This document shows, one piece after another, positions 52,200-64,000 of a stretch of DNA of 64,000 nucleotides. How positions within the stretch are numbered: the first letter of the stretch is position 1; each line of letters begins with the position of its first letter. The position numbers and the translations under genes were made by a program. Under the pieces are notes generated by a model that saw nothing but the letters and a program-made list of their open reading frames with translations, was not told where the DNA came from and searched no databases. The DNA comes from Vicugna vicugna. Lineage: Eukaryota. The DNA lies in the NCBI GenBank assembly GCA_013265495.1, contig PNXW01019480.1:1-64000 (forward strand), written 5' to 3'.

Positions 52200-54420
52200 C
52201 CTAAGACACTCTGCCACTATGTTGTTCCCATGGTCCTAGAGTCTCTAACTAGTTTGCCTTCCTTTTCCCACCTTTCAGAGTTCTCATCTGGCTGTTTCTT
52301 GCATTTTTTCCAGAGTTTATAGATATACTTAGAAAAGAGGAGCAGGAAAAAAATGAGTCCATGGACTGGATGTTCACTTATATTATTTTTAGAATTCCAT
52401 TTTGATTTATCAATAGCATTTCTGAGTGTATCTCTTGGTTTAGACTTTTTGTTATTGTTCTAAGTGTTATATATTATACATATTATTACACTATACATTA
52501 TACATACATTACTTACCACAGTTCACCCATGTCTTCCTTTTTTTCCAGTTCAAATGAAGTGTAGAAAACTTTCCAGTTTTTAATTCCCTTTGCTCTCCCC
52601 TATTATAATATAAGCATCTTAACTATTTCTCTACATACTTTATGAACCACTGAAGACAATGCTATACTCTTTTCTTCAATTTTTAAGCATAGTTTAGAAA
52701 ACTAAAGAGAAGGAAAATCTACTGTATTTACCCCTAATTTTCCTCTTTCTGTTGTTTTTTTCTTCCTTCTTGATGTTCCAAGACTCCATCTTTCATCATT
52801 TCCTTTCTATTTAGAGAATTTTCTTCTAGCCATTCTTTTAGGTAGGTCTGTTGGAGACAAATTCTCTTAGTTTTCCTTCATGTGAGATTGTCTTGATCTC
52901 CTTTTCTTTTCTGACAGATATTTTCTCTGGATATAGATTTCTATGTTAACAGTTCTTTTCTTGTAACACTTGAAAAATATTTTGCCACTTCCTTCTAGCC
53001 TTCATCATTTTTGATGAGAAGTCTATTGCCAATCAGAATTGTTTCTTCCTTATATATGACACATCATTTCTCTCTCATTCCTTTTGAGAATTTTCCCTCC
53101 AAATTTGGGAAATTTTTCCAGTATTTCTTTGCACTTAACAACTCCACCCTCTTTCTCCTTGTGAGTCCCTGATAATAGGAATGTTAGTTTTTTTGTAATA
53201 GTCCAAGTACCTGAGGCTGGTTTTAGTTTTTTTTTTTAAATAGTCTCTCTCTTTGTACATATTAGGTAATTTTTCTTGTTCTGTATTCAAGTTCACTTAG
53301 TCAATCTCTGTCTTCTCTATTCTGGTTTTGAGTCCATCCAGTGGTTTTATTTTGGTTTTAGTATTTTCAGTTCTAAAATTTCTGATTGAGCCTTCTTTAC
53401 GTTGTCTATTTCTTTGCTGAGACTTTATATTTTTTTTTTGCTGAGATTTTCTACTTTTCATTTGTTTGAAGTGTGTTTTTAATGCACTTTGAAACATTTA
53501 TATAATGTTTGTTTTGAAAATACTTTTCAGATAATTTCAATGTCTGTTATCTCAGTGTTGGCATGTGTAGATTTGTCTTTCCTCATACAAGTTGAGATTT
53601 TCCTGATTCTTGATATGATGAGTGATTTGTGTTGGATATTTTTTGTATCATGTTATGAGACTCTGCATCTTATTTAAATCTTTCATTTCAGCAGACCTTC
53701 TCTGACACCATACTAATGGGAGAAGGGGAGTGCTGCTTTGTAATTGCCAGGTGGGTATGGAAGTATAGGATCCTCACTCAGCTTCCCCTGACAAATGGGA
53801 AGGAAGGGGCTCCTCATTACTGCTGGAAGGTGGGCACAAGTTCAGGCTCCCCACTAGGCCAACACTGAGACTAACTTATCTGGATGTTGTAGGGGGAAAC
53901 CTCATTACTATTCCCTATGTGGTCTCTACTAAAACCGTGGGAGAATGCTTCCTTATCACTGAGTGAGGATGAATGTCCCAGCTCCACACTAGGCTTCATC
54001 TGAAACCACACTGACTCAGGAAAGAAGTGCCTTGTTACAGCCAGATCAGAATGGAAGTCTAAGCTCTCTGCTCAGTCTTTATTGACCAAGGGGTGAGGTG
54101 AGGTAAGGCCACGTTATTTTCTATGGTATTTGGCTGGAGTGGGGCAGTAATTGTCTACAGTTTTCTATCTTGTTATGCTGATGCCCATTATCTTTTCTAG
54201 TTCTTTGGCTACAGAAAGAAAGCTTTTCTTGTAAACGTACCCATTGACATTTCTGGGTTACTAGATTTTGTCCCACCCAGTCTTGGATCTATGAGACAAA
54301 AAACATCCAGGAACTCACTACTGTGTTTTACTTCATGTCTGATTTCTTCTTGCCACCTATCACGTGTAAGGGTTTTAGTTGTACTTAGTGGGAAGAACAA
54401 GGGGAAATGTGTCTGTCTTG
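52200..54420 (-). mobile_element. Old L1 (ORF1/5' region, L1M-type) fragments
   Basis: T-rich antisense L1-like text (ctctggatatagatt...ccacttccttctagcc). Confidence 0.6.
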
Positions 54421-54974
54421 TCAAGCCTAGGATCTAGTCCAAGATTTACTATTTACTAGTTAATTGACCTAAGCAAGTACTTTAACCTCTTTGGGACTCA
54501 GTTTCCTCATCTGTAAAACTGGGATACGGATAGTGCTGTTTCACAAGGTGGTTCTAACAATTAAATGAGATCATTTTGTTAGTTAAGATAGTTTATCGCA
54601 GTGCCTGGCACCCCATAAATATAATTTCTATTGTCATATTTGTATTATCTCTAGCAGTGCAAGGAGAAACAAGTGAGCAAGCCATTTTTCTTGTCTTCAA
54701 GGAGCTTGTCAAAAATTCAGGAGGATGAAGTGGATACACAAGCAGCTACTATAAGAGCCATAATAAGATAAATACCATAGGGCTAGGACTGCCAAAATGC
54801 TGTGAGAGTTCAAAGGTTTGGAACATGGTAGCTAATGTCAGAATTTTGTACCTAATTTTTACATGTGTGATTTTCTCAACACTGAGGACTTGATATACAG
54901 CATTAAAGCTAGGAAGGCAAATATGCTGCAACCCTCTTCCTATATCTGTAGACAGACCCTACTTCTTTTTGGAG

Positions 54975-55100
54975 ATAATGAGGTTTATTTATTTATTTAT
55001 CTATCTATTTATTTATTTTTAATGGAGGTACTGGGGATTGAACCTAGGACCTCGTGCATGCTAAGCATGTACTCAACCATTGACCTATACCTTCATCCCA
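54975..55100 (-). mobile_element. tRNA-derived camelid-type SINE
   Basis: atggaggtactggggattgaacctaggacctcgtgcatgctaagcatg with a (TTTA)n tail. Confidence 0.85.
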
Positions 55101-55756
55101 GCACATACTATTTCTTGATCTCAGATATGACCTTGAATTTTTTTCTTGACATATTGCTTTAGGGTATCATTACTAATCACCTGAAATTGTCCTTGAAATA
55201 GAGTCTGTACCTAAAGTGTGATGCTCCTGGGGGGACATCAAGAAGAAAGTTGCAGATACTAAATACTATATATAAAATAGATAAACAACAAGTTTCTTCT
55301 GTATAGCACAGGGAACTATATTCAATATCTTGTAGTAACCTATAATGAAAAAGAATATGAAAACAAAAAATGTATGTATATGTATGACTGAAACATTATG
55401 CTGTACACCAGAAATTGACACCACATTGTAAACTTACTATACTTCCATAAAAAAAGACCAAAAGAAAAAGAGAAAGGGACATAGGCTAACAGTGCTAAAT
55501 AGTAGAAGTAAAAGACATAGAAAGGTATCAAATTTTTAAGAAAGACATCATCGATGAATTTTGAGAGACAAATTACATTACAGTGAACCCAGAGTAAAGG
55601 TCACAGAGTGTGAAGCTCAAGGTGGATAGAGTTAGTGACTGTTGGAGTTGTGGGCATCAAGGAGCTTTGAGGCTAAATTTGGATGGATAATCCAAATAAA
55701 TGTTGAAGTTGCCCATGAAGATGGCAGAATTTGCAGTGGAAATCAAGAACTGACTA

Positions 55757-56512
55757 ATGGAACCCTCTTACACTGCTGGTGGGAATGCAGTTTGGTGCAG
55801 CCACTGTGGAAAACAGCATGGAGATTTCTCAAAAGACTAGAAATATGCTTATCATATGATCCAGTAATCCCATTCCTGAGCATATATACAGAAAGAACCC
55901 TACTTCAAAAAGATACCTGCACCCCAATGTTCATAGCAACACTATTTACAATAGCCAAAACATGGAAACAGCCTAAATGTCTATTGACAGATGACTGGAT
56001 AAAGAAGAAGTGGTATATTTATACAATGGAATACTATTCAGACAAAAAAACCGACAACATAACGCCATTTGCAGCAACATGGATATTCCTGGAGAATGTC
56101 ATTCTAAGTGAAGTAAGCCAGAAAGAGAAAGAGAACTACCATATGAGATTGCTCATATGTGGAGTCTAAAAAAAAAAGAACATAAATACAAAACAGAAAC
56201 ACTCATAGACATAGAACACAAACTAGTGGTTGCCAAGGGAGCGGGGGATGGGAAGGGATACACTGGGATTTCAAAATTTGTAGATACTGACAGGCATATG
56301 CAAAATAGATAAACAAGATTATACTGTATAGCACAGAGAAATGTATACAAGATCTTGTGGTAGCTCACAGCGAAAAAATATGTGACAATGAATATACATA
56401 TGTTCATGTGTAATTGAAAAATTGTGCTCTACACTGGAATTTGACACAACATTGTAAAATGAATATAACTCAATAAAAACGTAAATAAAAATAAAAATAA
56501 AACCAAAAAAAA
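55757..56512 (+). mobile_element. 5'-truncated young L1 with 12-bp TSD
   Basis: ORF2 C-terminus ([18 protein letters not shown]); TSD AAGAACTGACTA at 55745-55756 and 56513-56524. Confidence 0.93.
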
Positions 56513-56930
56513 AAGAACTGACTACAGTAGTCTCCCCATATCTGCAGTTTCACTTTCTGTGGTTTCAGTTACCCACGGCCAATTTCAGTCCAAAAATATT
56601 AAATGGAAAATTCCAGAAATAAACAATTGTGCACCATCTGCGTAGGGTGATGAAATTAACAGCTGTCCTGCTTTGTCTCAGGCATCCCTTTGTCCAGTGT
56701 ACTCTGCCTGCTAGTCACCTAGTAACTATCTAAGTTATCAGAATGACTGTTGCAGTATTACAGTGCTTACATTCAAGTAACCCCTATTTTACTTAATAAT
56801 AGCCCCAAAGCACAAGAGTAGTGATGACAACAATTCAGATATACCAAAGAGAAGCTGTAAAATTCTCCTTTTAAGCGAAAAGGTAAAAGTTCTATACTTA
56901 GTAAGGAAAGAAAACAATCATATGCTGAGA

Positions 56931-57003
56931 GGTGGGGGAGGGTATATAGCTTAGTGGTAGAGCACATGTTTATCCTGGGTTCAATCCCCAGTACCTCCAT
57001 TAA
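56931..57003 (+). mobile_element. Camelid-type SINE inserted in MER44
   Basis: gggggagggtatatagcttagtggtagagc...gggttcaatccccagtacctcca; diverged TSD aatcatatgctgaga (56916-56930) / aatcgtatactaaga (58824-58838). Confidence 0.8.
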
Positions 57004-57009
57004 AATATT

Positions 57010-58815
57010 TTTAACATTTTTTATTGAGTTATAATCATTTTACAATGCTGTGTCAAATTCCAGTGTACAGCATGATTTTTCAGTTATATATGAACATACA
57101 TCTATTCATTGTCACATTTTTTTCACTGTGAGCTACCACAAGATCTTGTATATATTTCCCTGTGTTATACAGTATAATCTTGTTTATCTATTCCACATAT
57201 GCCTGTCAGTATCTACAAATTTTGAAATCCCAGTCTATCACTTCCCACCCCCTTCCCCTTTGTCAACCACTAGTTTGTGTTCTATGTCTATGAGTGTTTC
57301 TGTTTTGTATTTATGTTTCTTTTTAGATTCCATATATGAGCAATCTCATATGGTATTTTTCTTTCTCTTTCTGGCTTACTTCACTTAGAATGACATTCTC
57401 CAGGGACATCCATGTTGCTGCAAATGGCATTATGTTCTCATTTTAATGGCTGAGTAGTATTCCATTGTATAAATATACCACTTCTTCTTTATCCAGTCAT
57501 CTGTTGATGGACATTTAGGCTGTTTCCATGTCTTGGCTATTGTAAATAGTGTTGCTATGAACATTGGGGTGCAAGTGTCTTTTTGAAGTAGGGTTCCTTC
57601 TGGATATATGCTCAGGAGCAGGATTATTGGGTCATATGGTAAGCGTATTCTTAGTCTTTTGAGGAATCTCCACACTGTTTTCAATAATGGTTTCACCAAA
57701 CTTCATTCCCACTAGCAGTGTAGGAGGGTTCCCTTTTCTCCACAGCTTCTCCAGCGTTTATCATTTGGGGACTTCTGAATGATGGCCATTCTGACTGGTG
57801 TGAGGTGATACTTCATTGTAGTTTTGATTCGTATTTCTCTGTAATTAGTGATACTGAGTATTTTTTCAAGTGCCTATTGATCATTTGTATTTCTTCCTGG
57901 GAGAATTGCTTGTTTAGGTCTTCTGCCCATATTGGATTGGGTTGTTTGTTTTTTTCTTATTAAGTCATATGAGATGCTTATATATTCTGGAGATCAAGCC
58001 TTTGTCGGTCTCATTGTTTGCAAAAATTTTTCCCATCCATAGGTTGTTGTTTTGTTTTGCTTATGGTTTCCTTTGCTGTACAGAACCTTGTAAATTCAAT
58101 TAGGCCCCATATGTTTATTCTTGCTTTTATTTCTATTGCTTGGGTAGACTGCCCTAGGAGAACATTTTTGAGATTTATGTCAGATAATATTTTGCATATA
58201 TTTTCTTGTAGGAGGTTTATTGTATCTTGTCTTATGTTTAAGTCTTTGATCCATCTTGGGTTTATTTTTGTGTCTGTTGTAAGGAAGTGTTCTAGCTTCA
58301 TTGATTTACATGCTGCTTATACACGGAGAACTATAAAACACTGATGAAGGAAATTAAAGAAGACTTTAAAAAATGGAAAGATATCCCATGCTCTTGGATT
58401 GGAAGAATCAATATTGTTAAAATGGTCACACTGCCCAAGGCAATCTACAGATTTAATGCAATCCCTATCAAATTACCCAGGACATATTTCACAGAACTAG
58501 AACAAATCATAATAAAATTTATATGGAACCACAAAAGACTTAGAATTACCAAAGCATTACTGAAGAAAAAGAAAGAGGCTGGAGGAATAACTCTCCCGGA
58601 CTTCAGGCAATACTACAGAGCTACAGTAATCAAAACAGTATGGTATTGGCACAAAAACAGACATATGGACCAATGGAACAGAATAAAGAGCCCAGAAATG
58701 AACCCACAAACTTTTGGTCAACTTATCTTCGACAAAGGAGGCAAGTATATACAATAGAATAAAGACATTCTCTTCAGGAAATGGTGTTGGGAAAACTGGA
58801 CAGCAGTGTGTAAAA
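57010..58815 (-). mobile_element. Young L1 with 5' inversion (antisense 57010-~58315, sense ~58316-58815)
   Basis: Minus ORFs 57430-57699 and 58011-58301 and plus ORF 58344-58757 ([16 protein letters not shown]) are all ORF2p; the two segments are contiguous in L1 coordinates. Confidence 0.92.
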
Positions 58816-59649
58816 TTTTTTTAAATCGTATACTAAGATTGCTGAGATCTGCAATAAGAGCTTTTGAAAAAGGAAAGAGAAATTCATGCCAGTTTTGATG
58901 TCACACCTCCAACTGCAAAAGTTAGGGCCACAGTGTGTGATGAGTGCTTAGTTAAGATGGAAAAAGTCTTAAATTTGTCCAGTAAGACATTTTGAGAGAG
59001 AACATATTCGCTTAATTTTTCTTATAGTATATTGTTATAATTGTCCTATTTTATTATTAGTTGTGGCTGTTAGTCTCCTATTGTGCCTAATTTAGACATT
59101 AAATTTATCAGGGTAAGTATTTTTCAGAAAAAATATAGTGTATATCTATACAGCTCAGTACTATCTGTGGGTTCAGGCATCCACTGGGGGGTCATGGAAT
59201 ATATCTCCTGCAGATAAGGGGGGACTACTGTTCATGCTGAGGAGGAATGACATAGTACATAGCAGATTACAACAAGGAAGAAGGTTTGTTTACATGGCTA
59301 CTCCCTCCCTCTACTAGATTGTGGCACCTCAAAGCCTAGGAATTATATCTTATTTTCTTGAAATCTCAGCACCTAATGCAGAGTACAAAGCATTCAATGA
59401 ATGGGTTGAATGAATGAGGAAATGTTTGGTGATCATCAGGTAAATGAATGTAGATGATATATTTGAAAGGAAGTTGAAAATACCATCCTAAAAAGATTAG
59501 ATTGGGGCTAAAGAGAAATGCTAAAAGCTGAGTTTCCCTTGAGCAAAATTGTATCTTCATTTCCCTGAGTCTTCAATAGGTAATTTGCCCCATTAAGCAC
59601 TCATTCCTTCTGACCTCAGTCTATGTCAAAGACTCTTATCCTTGTCTGC

Positions 59650-59800
59650 AAGTTAGAAACACCTAGGGTTTTAAAAATTCAGTTTCCCTGCCTGCACCCC
59701 AGATCAATCAAATCAGAATATCTGGAGGTGTGACTTAGTCATCAGTATTTTTGAAAGTCCCCTAGGCAATTTGTGCTGCCAAGATTGAGAACGACTGGGT
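59650..59800. mobile_element. MER5A-like hAT DNA element
   Basis: caccccagatcaatcaaatcagaatatctggagg...gccaagattgagaacgactg. Confidence 0.65.
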
Positions 59801-60194
59801 TGGACCCAGATAAAACCAAGTGCAGGCGTATTAACTTATTTAATCACACAAAGATTCAGTAATACAGCTAGAATTAATTTCTAGTAATTTTTGGTAAGAA
59901 ATGAAGTATCACAGTTCTCAACTTCTGTTTACAATGTTATTCCATGATGACATAGTGCTTAGAGGCCTACAATGGATTGTGTTGGACCCTCATAGTGCTG
60001 AAAAATTTTTTAATTTATCTCCAACATTTAAAACTCTGGAGATTTCACATAAAAATAGGAGCTTCCACTTTCTCTTGAAAATTAGAAGTGCTGGTAACAT
60101 GATGTTTGCAAAATTTATTGAGATTTGCGTTCCTTAGTGATACCAATCAGTCAAAACTGAGTAGCTGCTTCCCCATTTATTTATTTATTTTGTG

Positions 60195-60600
60195 TATGGT
60201 CTCATTTATATTTGGAATCTAAAAACCCCAAACTCACAAAAGAGTACAGTGGTGATTACCAGGAGCTAGGGTGGGGGAAGTGGAGAGATGTTGGTCAGAG
60301 GGTACAAACTTTCAATTATAAGATGAATGAATTCTGAGGATCTAATGTATAGCATAGTGATTACAGTTAACAATACTGTATGGGATACTTAAAAGTTGCT
60401 AAGAGTAAATTTTAAAAGTTTTCAGCACACAAAAAAATGATAATTATATGTGATAATGGATGTGTTAACTAACCTTACTGTGGTAATCATTTTGCAATAT
60501 ATACATGCATCAAGTCATCACAACATACACCTTAAACTTCCACAATGATATATGTCAATTATATCTCAATAAACCTGGGAAATAGAGTTTTGAAAATTAA
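60195..60600 (+). mobile_element. L1MA-like 3' UTR
   Basis: gggtacaaactttcaattataagatgaat...attatatctcaataaa. Confidence 0.8.
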
Positions 60601-60887
60601 TAAAGTTAAAAACTAAAATATTCACCAGTAGGTTTGGCACAAAGCACTAGCCCATTATTATGTATTTACTGATTTATTAATGAGGATAGATTTTTTTATA
60701 TCTTAATTATAATTTTTTTTCTTTTTGTTAATGCCGTTACATATATTTTGGTAATTTTTATATTATAGTGTTTGTTTTCTGGGTTTTTTTCCTGTTTATT
60801 TTGAAAGAGTTCTTTACTTATTGATAATACTCACTGTTGAATATTTTTGCTGCCCCATTTAGGTGGAAATAGTCAATTTTTTTTTTG

Positions 60888-60933
60888 TCTTTTCTTTCTT
60901 TCTCTCTTTCTTTCTTTCTCTCTTTCTTTCTCC

Positions 60934-61004
<71 letters not shown>

Positions 61005-61008
61005 TTTT

Positions 61009-61059
<51 letters not shown>
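60888..61059. repeat. (TTTC)n microsatellite
   Basis: Direct reading. Confidence 0.97.
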
Positions 61060-63600
61060 CTGATTAGAGCTTTACCAGTTTTATTGATCTCATAGAACCA
61101 GCCTTGTGTTTCATTAATCATTTTCTATTTTTTTTATCTTTTCTGTTTTATCAGTTTCCATCTTTTTTATGCCCTTTCTTCTGCTTACTTTGGGATTAAT
61201 TTTCTCTTCTTTTCCTGGCTTCCTAAGGAGGTTATTGACTTGAAATCTTTCTTATTTTCTAACGTAGACATTCAGTGCTATAAATTTCCTCCTAAGTACT
61301 TCTATTTTTTTGATATAACTGACATATAACATTATATTAGTTTCAGAGATACAACATGATTCAACATTTGTTCTAAGTACTTCTTTAGCAGCATCCCAGA
61401 AAACTTGATATATTGTGTTTTCATTTTCACTCAGTTAAAAATACTTTTTAACTTCCCTTTTGATTTATCCTATAATCCATGAGTGATTTATAAGTTTATT
61501 ATGCCGTTTCCAAATATTTAGGGATTTTCCAGAGTCTTTCTGTTATTGTTTCTAATTTAATACCTTTATAGTCTGGGAATACACTTTGTATTATTTTATT
61601 CCTTTAAAATTTATTGGGATTTGTTTTTATTCCACAGAATATAATCTATATTGTTAAATGTTCTATGTGTACTTGCGAAGAATGTGTATTCTACTGTTGC
61701 TGCATAGAGTTCTGTAAATGTCAATCAAGTCTAGCTGGCTGATTGTGTTGTTCAAGTCAGCTTCAAATCCTTGCTGATAGTCTGCTGATATTTTCTGTTA
61801 GTTATTGAGATAGGAATATTGAAATCCCTGACTATAATTGTGAATTTGAATATTTTTCTTTACAGTTGGTGAGATAATAGAAAATATGAATATTGGTCTC
61901 AGCCCCTAGTTTCTGGCACAAGGCTCCTAAAACTTTTCTAAGTTCCCAAGTGATAAGAGTAACTAGGAACATCTTTTGTTTGAATAGTTGGTCTTTGACC
62001 CCAGTTCTGGACACAGGGCTCCAGAAACTCTTACAAATTCCTCAGTGAATTCCTAGCACTAGGAGCATCTTTTGTTTTAATGAGGCAACTCTGGGTGGGC
62101 TTCTGGATAGGGGCTGGTCACCAGAAAGACTAAGCCTCTGTTAGAATCTTGGTTTCTCAGCGCCATCCCCCTCCATCCTCCAGAGAGGGGAGAGGGGGTA
62201 GAAATGGAGTTAATAATTGATTATGCTTACATGAGGAAGCCTTCATAAAATCCCAGTAGTATGGTATTCAGAGTGCTTCCAGGTTGGTGAACACATCCCT
62301 GTACTGGAAGGGTGATGCATCCCAACTCCATGGAGACAGATGCTCCAGTGCTCAGGATCCTCCCAGACCTCACCTTCTGTATCTCTTTATCTGGCATTTC
62401 ATCTGTACCCTTTATTATATCCTTTAATACACTGGTAAATATAAGTCTTTCATTGAGTTCTGTGAGCTGCTCTAGCAAATTAATCAAACCTGAAGATGGG
62501 GTCATGGGAACCTCAGATTTATACCACATTGGTCAGATGCATAGGTGACAACCTGGACTTGTGATTGTCATCTGAAGTGAAGTGGGAGCAGTCTGTGGGA
62601 CTGAATCCTTAACCTGTGGGATCTGACACTATCTCCAGATAGATAATGTCAGATTTGAATTGAATTGAGTTAAATTGTAGGACACCCAGCTGGTGTCACA
62701 TAATTGCTTGGTGTGGGAAACCCACTCACATATCTAGTGTCAGAGTGTGAAAGTAGTGTGAGAGTGAAGGAGAACCACGAGAAAAGGACTGTTTTTTTTT
62801 CCTAACACAGCAGTTATATCAGGTTTTGCTCCATATATTTTGAAGCTCTGTTATTAGGTACATAACCATTTATGATTGTTATATCCTCTAATTGACTAAT
62901 TTATCGTTATTAAATATCCTTCTTTTTCTGTGATAATATTCTTTACCTTAAAATGTACTTTGCCTCATAAATTAAGCATCTCCAGGTTTTTCTCCACTAG
63001 AGTTAACATGGTATATCTTTATCAAACCTTTTACTTGTATTCTATTTGTGCCTTTAAAACTAAAGTATATTTCTTATAGGCAGCATATACTAGTGTCTTG
63101 CATTTTTATCCAATCTATCAATTTATTACTTTGAATTGGGGTGTTCAGACCAGTTACACTTTGTCATTATTGATATGATTTAGTTTAAGTCTATCTAGTG
63201 TTTTTCTGTTTTCTTTTTGTCTCATCTGTTCTCTTCCCTTTTCCCTCTTTTTCTGGCTTTTTTCCCATTAGTTAAATATTTTTATGATTCCATTTTATCC
63301 CCTTTGTTAACTTATTACCTGTAACTTTTTGTTATTTTAGTGATCAGTTTTGGATTCATGGCCTACATGTTTAAATTATTGAAGTCTACCTTCAAGTAAT
63401 ATTATACCACTTTGGGTATAAATAATATCAGATCCTTCAAATAGCCTGCCCATTCTTCCCTCCTGGCCTTTATTTCATTGTTGTATACATTTTATTTTTA
63501 CATATGTTATAAAACTTACAATACATTATTATTCTTTTTGTTTAAATGGTCGATTTTCTTTTAAGAAGTTTTAAATAATAAGAAAAATACTTTTATACAG
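61060..63600 (-). mobile_element. Old L1 ORF2 region, interrupted by an LTR
   Basis: Antisense L1 text (gtgctataaatttcctcctaagtac; tttgaagctctgttattaggtacata). Confidence 0.7.
61868..62810. mobile_element. MER21-like LTR
   Basis: ccaactccatggagacagatgctccagtgctcaggatcctcccagacctcacc and gacacccagctggtgtc motifs. Confidence 0.7.
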
Positions 63601-63614
63601 TTATTCTTTTTGGA

Positions 63615-64000
63615 TACCATTTCCAGAGGAAAAACACACTGCCATGTGCCTCCTCCATTCTCAATACTCTACTATAACATTACTTCACTTCTGACACCAG
63701 ATATGTGGGGGAGGGGGTCCCCCACACCAAGCAATTCTGCACCAGCTGGGTATCCTAAAATTTAACTCAATTCTGACACTAGATATCATCAAATGTCACA
63801 GGTTAAGGATTCAGTCCCACAAGACTGCCTCCCTCACTTCAGATATCAATTCCAAGTCCAAGTTGTTACCTGTGCCTCTGCCCTGCTAACTATAAATTGG
63901 AGATTTTCACAACCCTTCCCTCAGGTTTAATTAATTGGCTAGAACTGCTCACAGAACTCAGGAAAGCATTTGTTTGCTAGATTGCTTGTGTATTATAAAA
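63615..64000. mobile_element. Second MER21-like LTR in the opposite orientation (runs off window)
   Basis: caccagctgggtatcctaaaatttaactcaattctgacact is the reverse complement of motifs at ~62645-62700. Confidence 0.65.

Larger units (their letters stand above)
56525..59230 (+). mobile_element. MER44/Tigger7 DNA transposon interrupted by a SINE and an L1
   Basis: Terminal inverted repeats CAGTAGTCTCCCCATATCTGC and GCAGATAAGGGGGGACTACTG, preceded by TA. Confidence 0.85.

Noticed and set aside
55642..56169. 175-aa ORF
   Set aside because: Chance fusion of flanking sequence with an L1 ORF2 C-terminal fragment.
60847..61121. F/L/S-rich and K/E/R-rich ORFs
   Set aside because: Translations of the (TTTC)n microsatellite.
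1..64000. CRISPR arrays, operons, rRNA, or neighbouring genes such as MAGED1 and CENPVL
   Set aside because: Mammalian DNA with no repeat-spacer array, rRNA or recognisable coding exons of those genes.

Overview
Mammalian genomic DNA, very likely camelid: it carries Vic-1-like tRNA-derived SINEs and no Alu, Bov-tA or PRE-1 SINEs that I could see. It is presumably X-linked, because it contains the intronless eRF3b retrogene GSPT2 (minus strand, 18970-20883) with its CpG island. GSPT2 lies in the ~21.8 kb spacer of a near-identical inverted repeat (arms 1-4621 and 26457-31077; position x pairs with 31078-x; the left arm runs off the window). A CpG/GC-rich domain matches the arms and continues to ~42.3 kb, suggesting the arms are ~16 kb long and homogenised by GC-biased gene conversion. 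Inside that domain I can build a candidate 4-exon minus-strand gene (perfect RFX X-box, GT-AG introns, AATAAA) encoding a 111-aa protein starting MGQVLCC, with a diverged paralogous promoter segment at ~5.1-5.6 kb. The rest is mostly interspersed repeats (L1, L2, MIR, LTRs, MER DNA elements), including a nested Tigger7/SINE/twin-primed L1 cluster and an exact 1988-bp tandem duplication. Repeat family names are from recalled consensus sequences and their boundaries are approximate.
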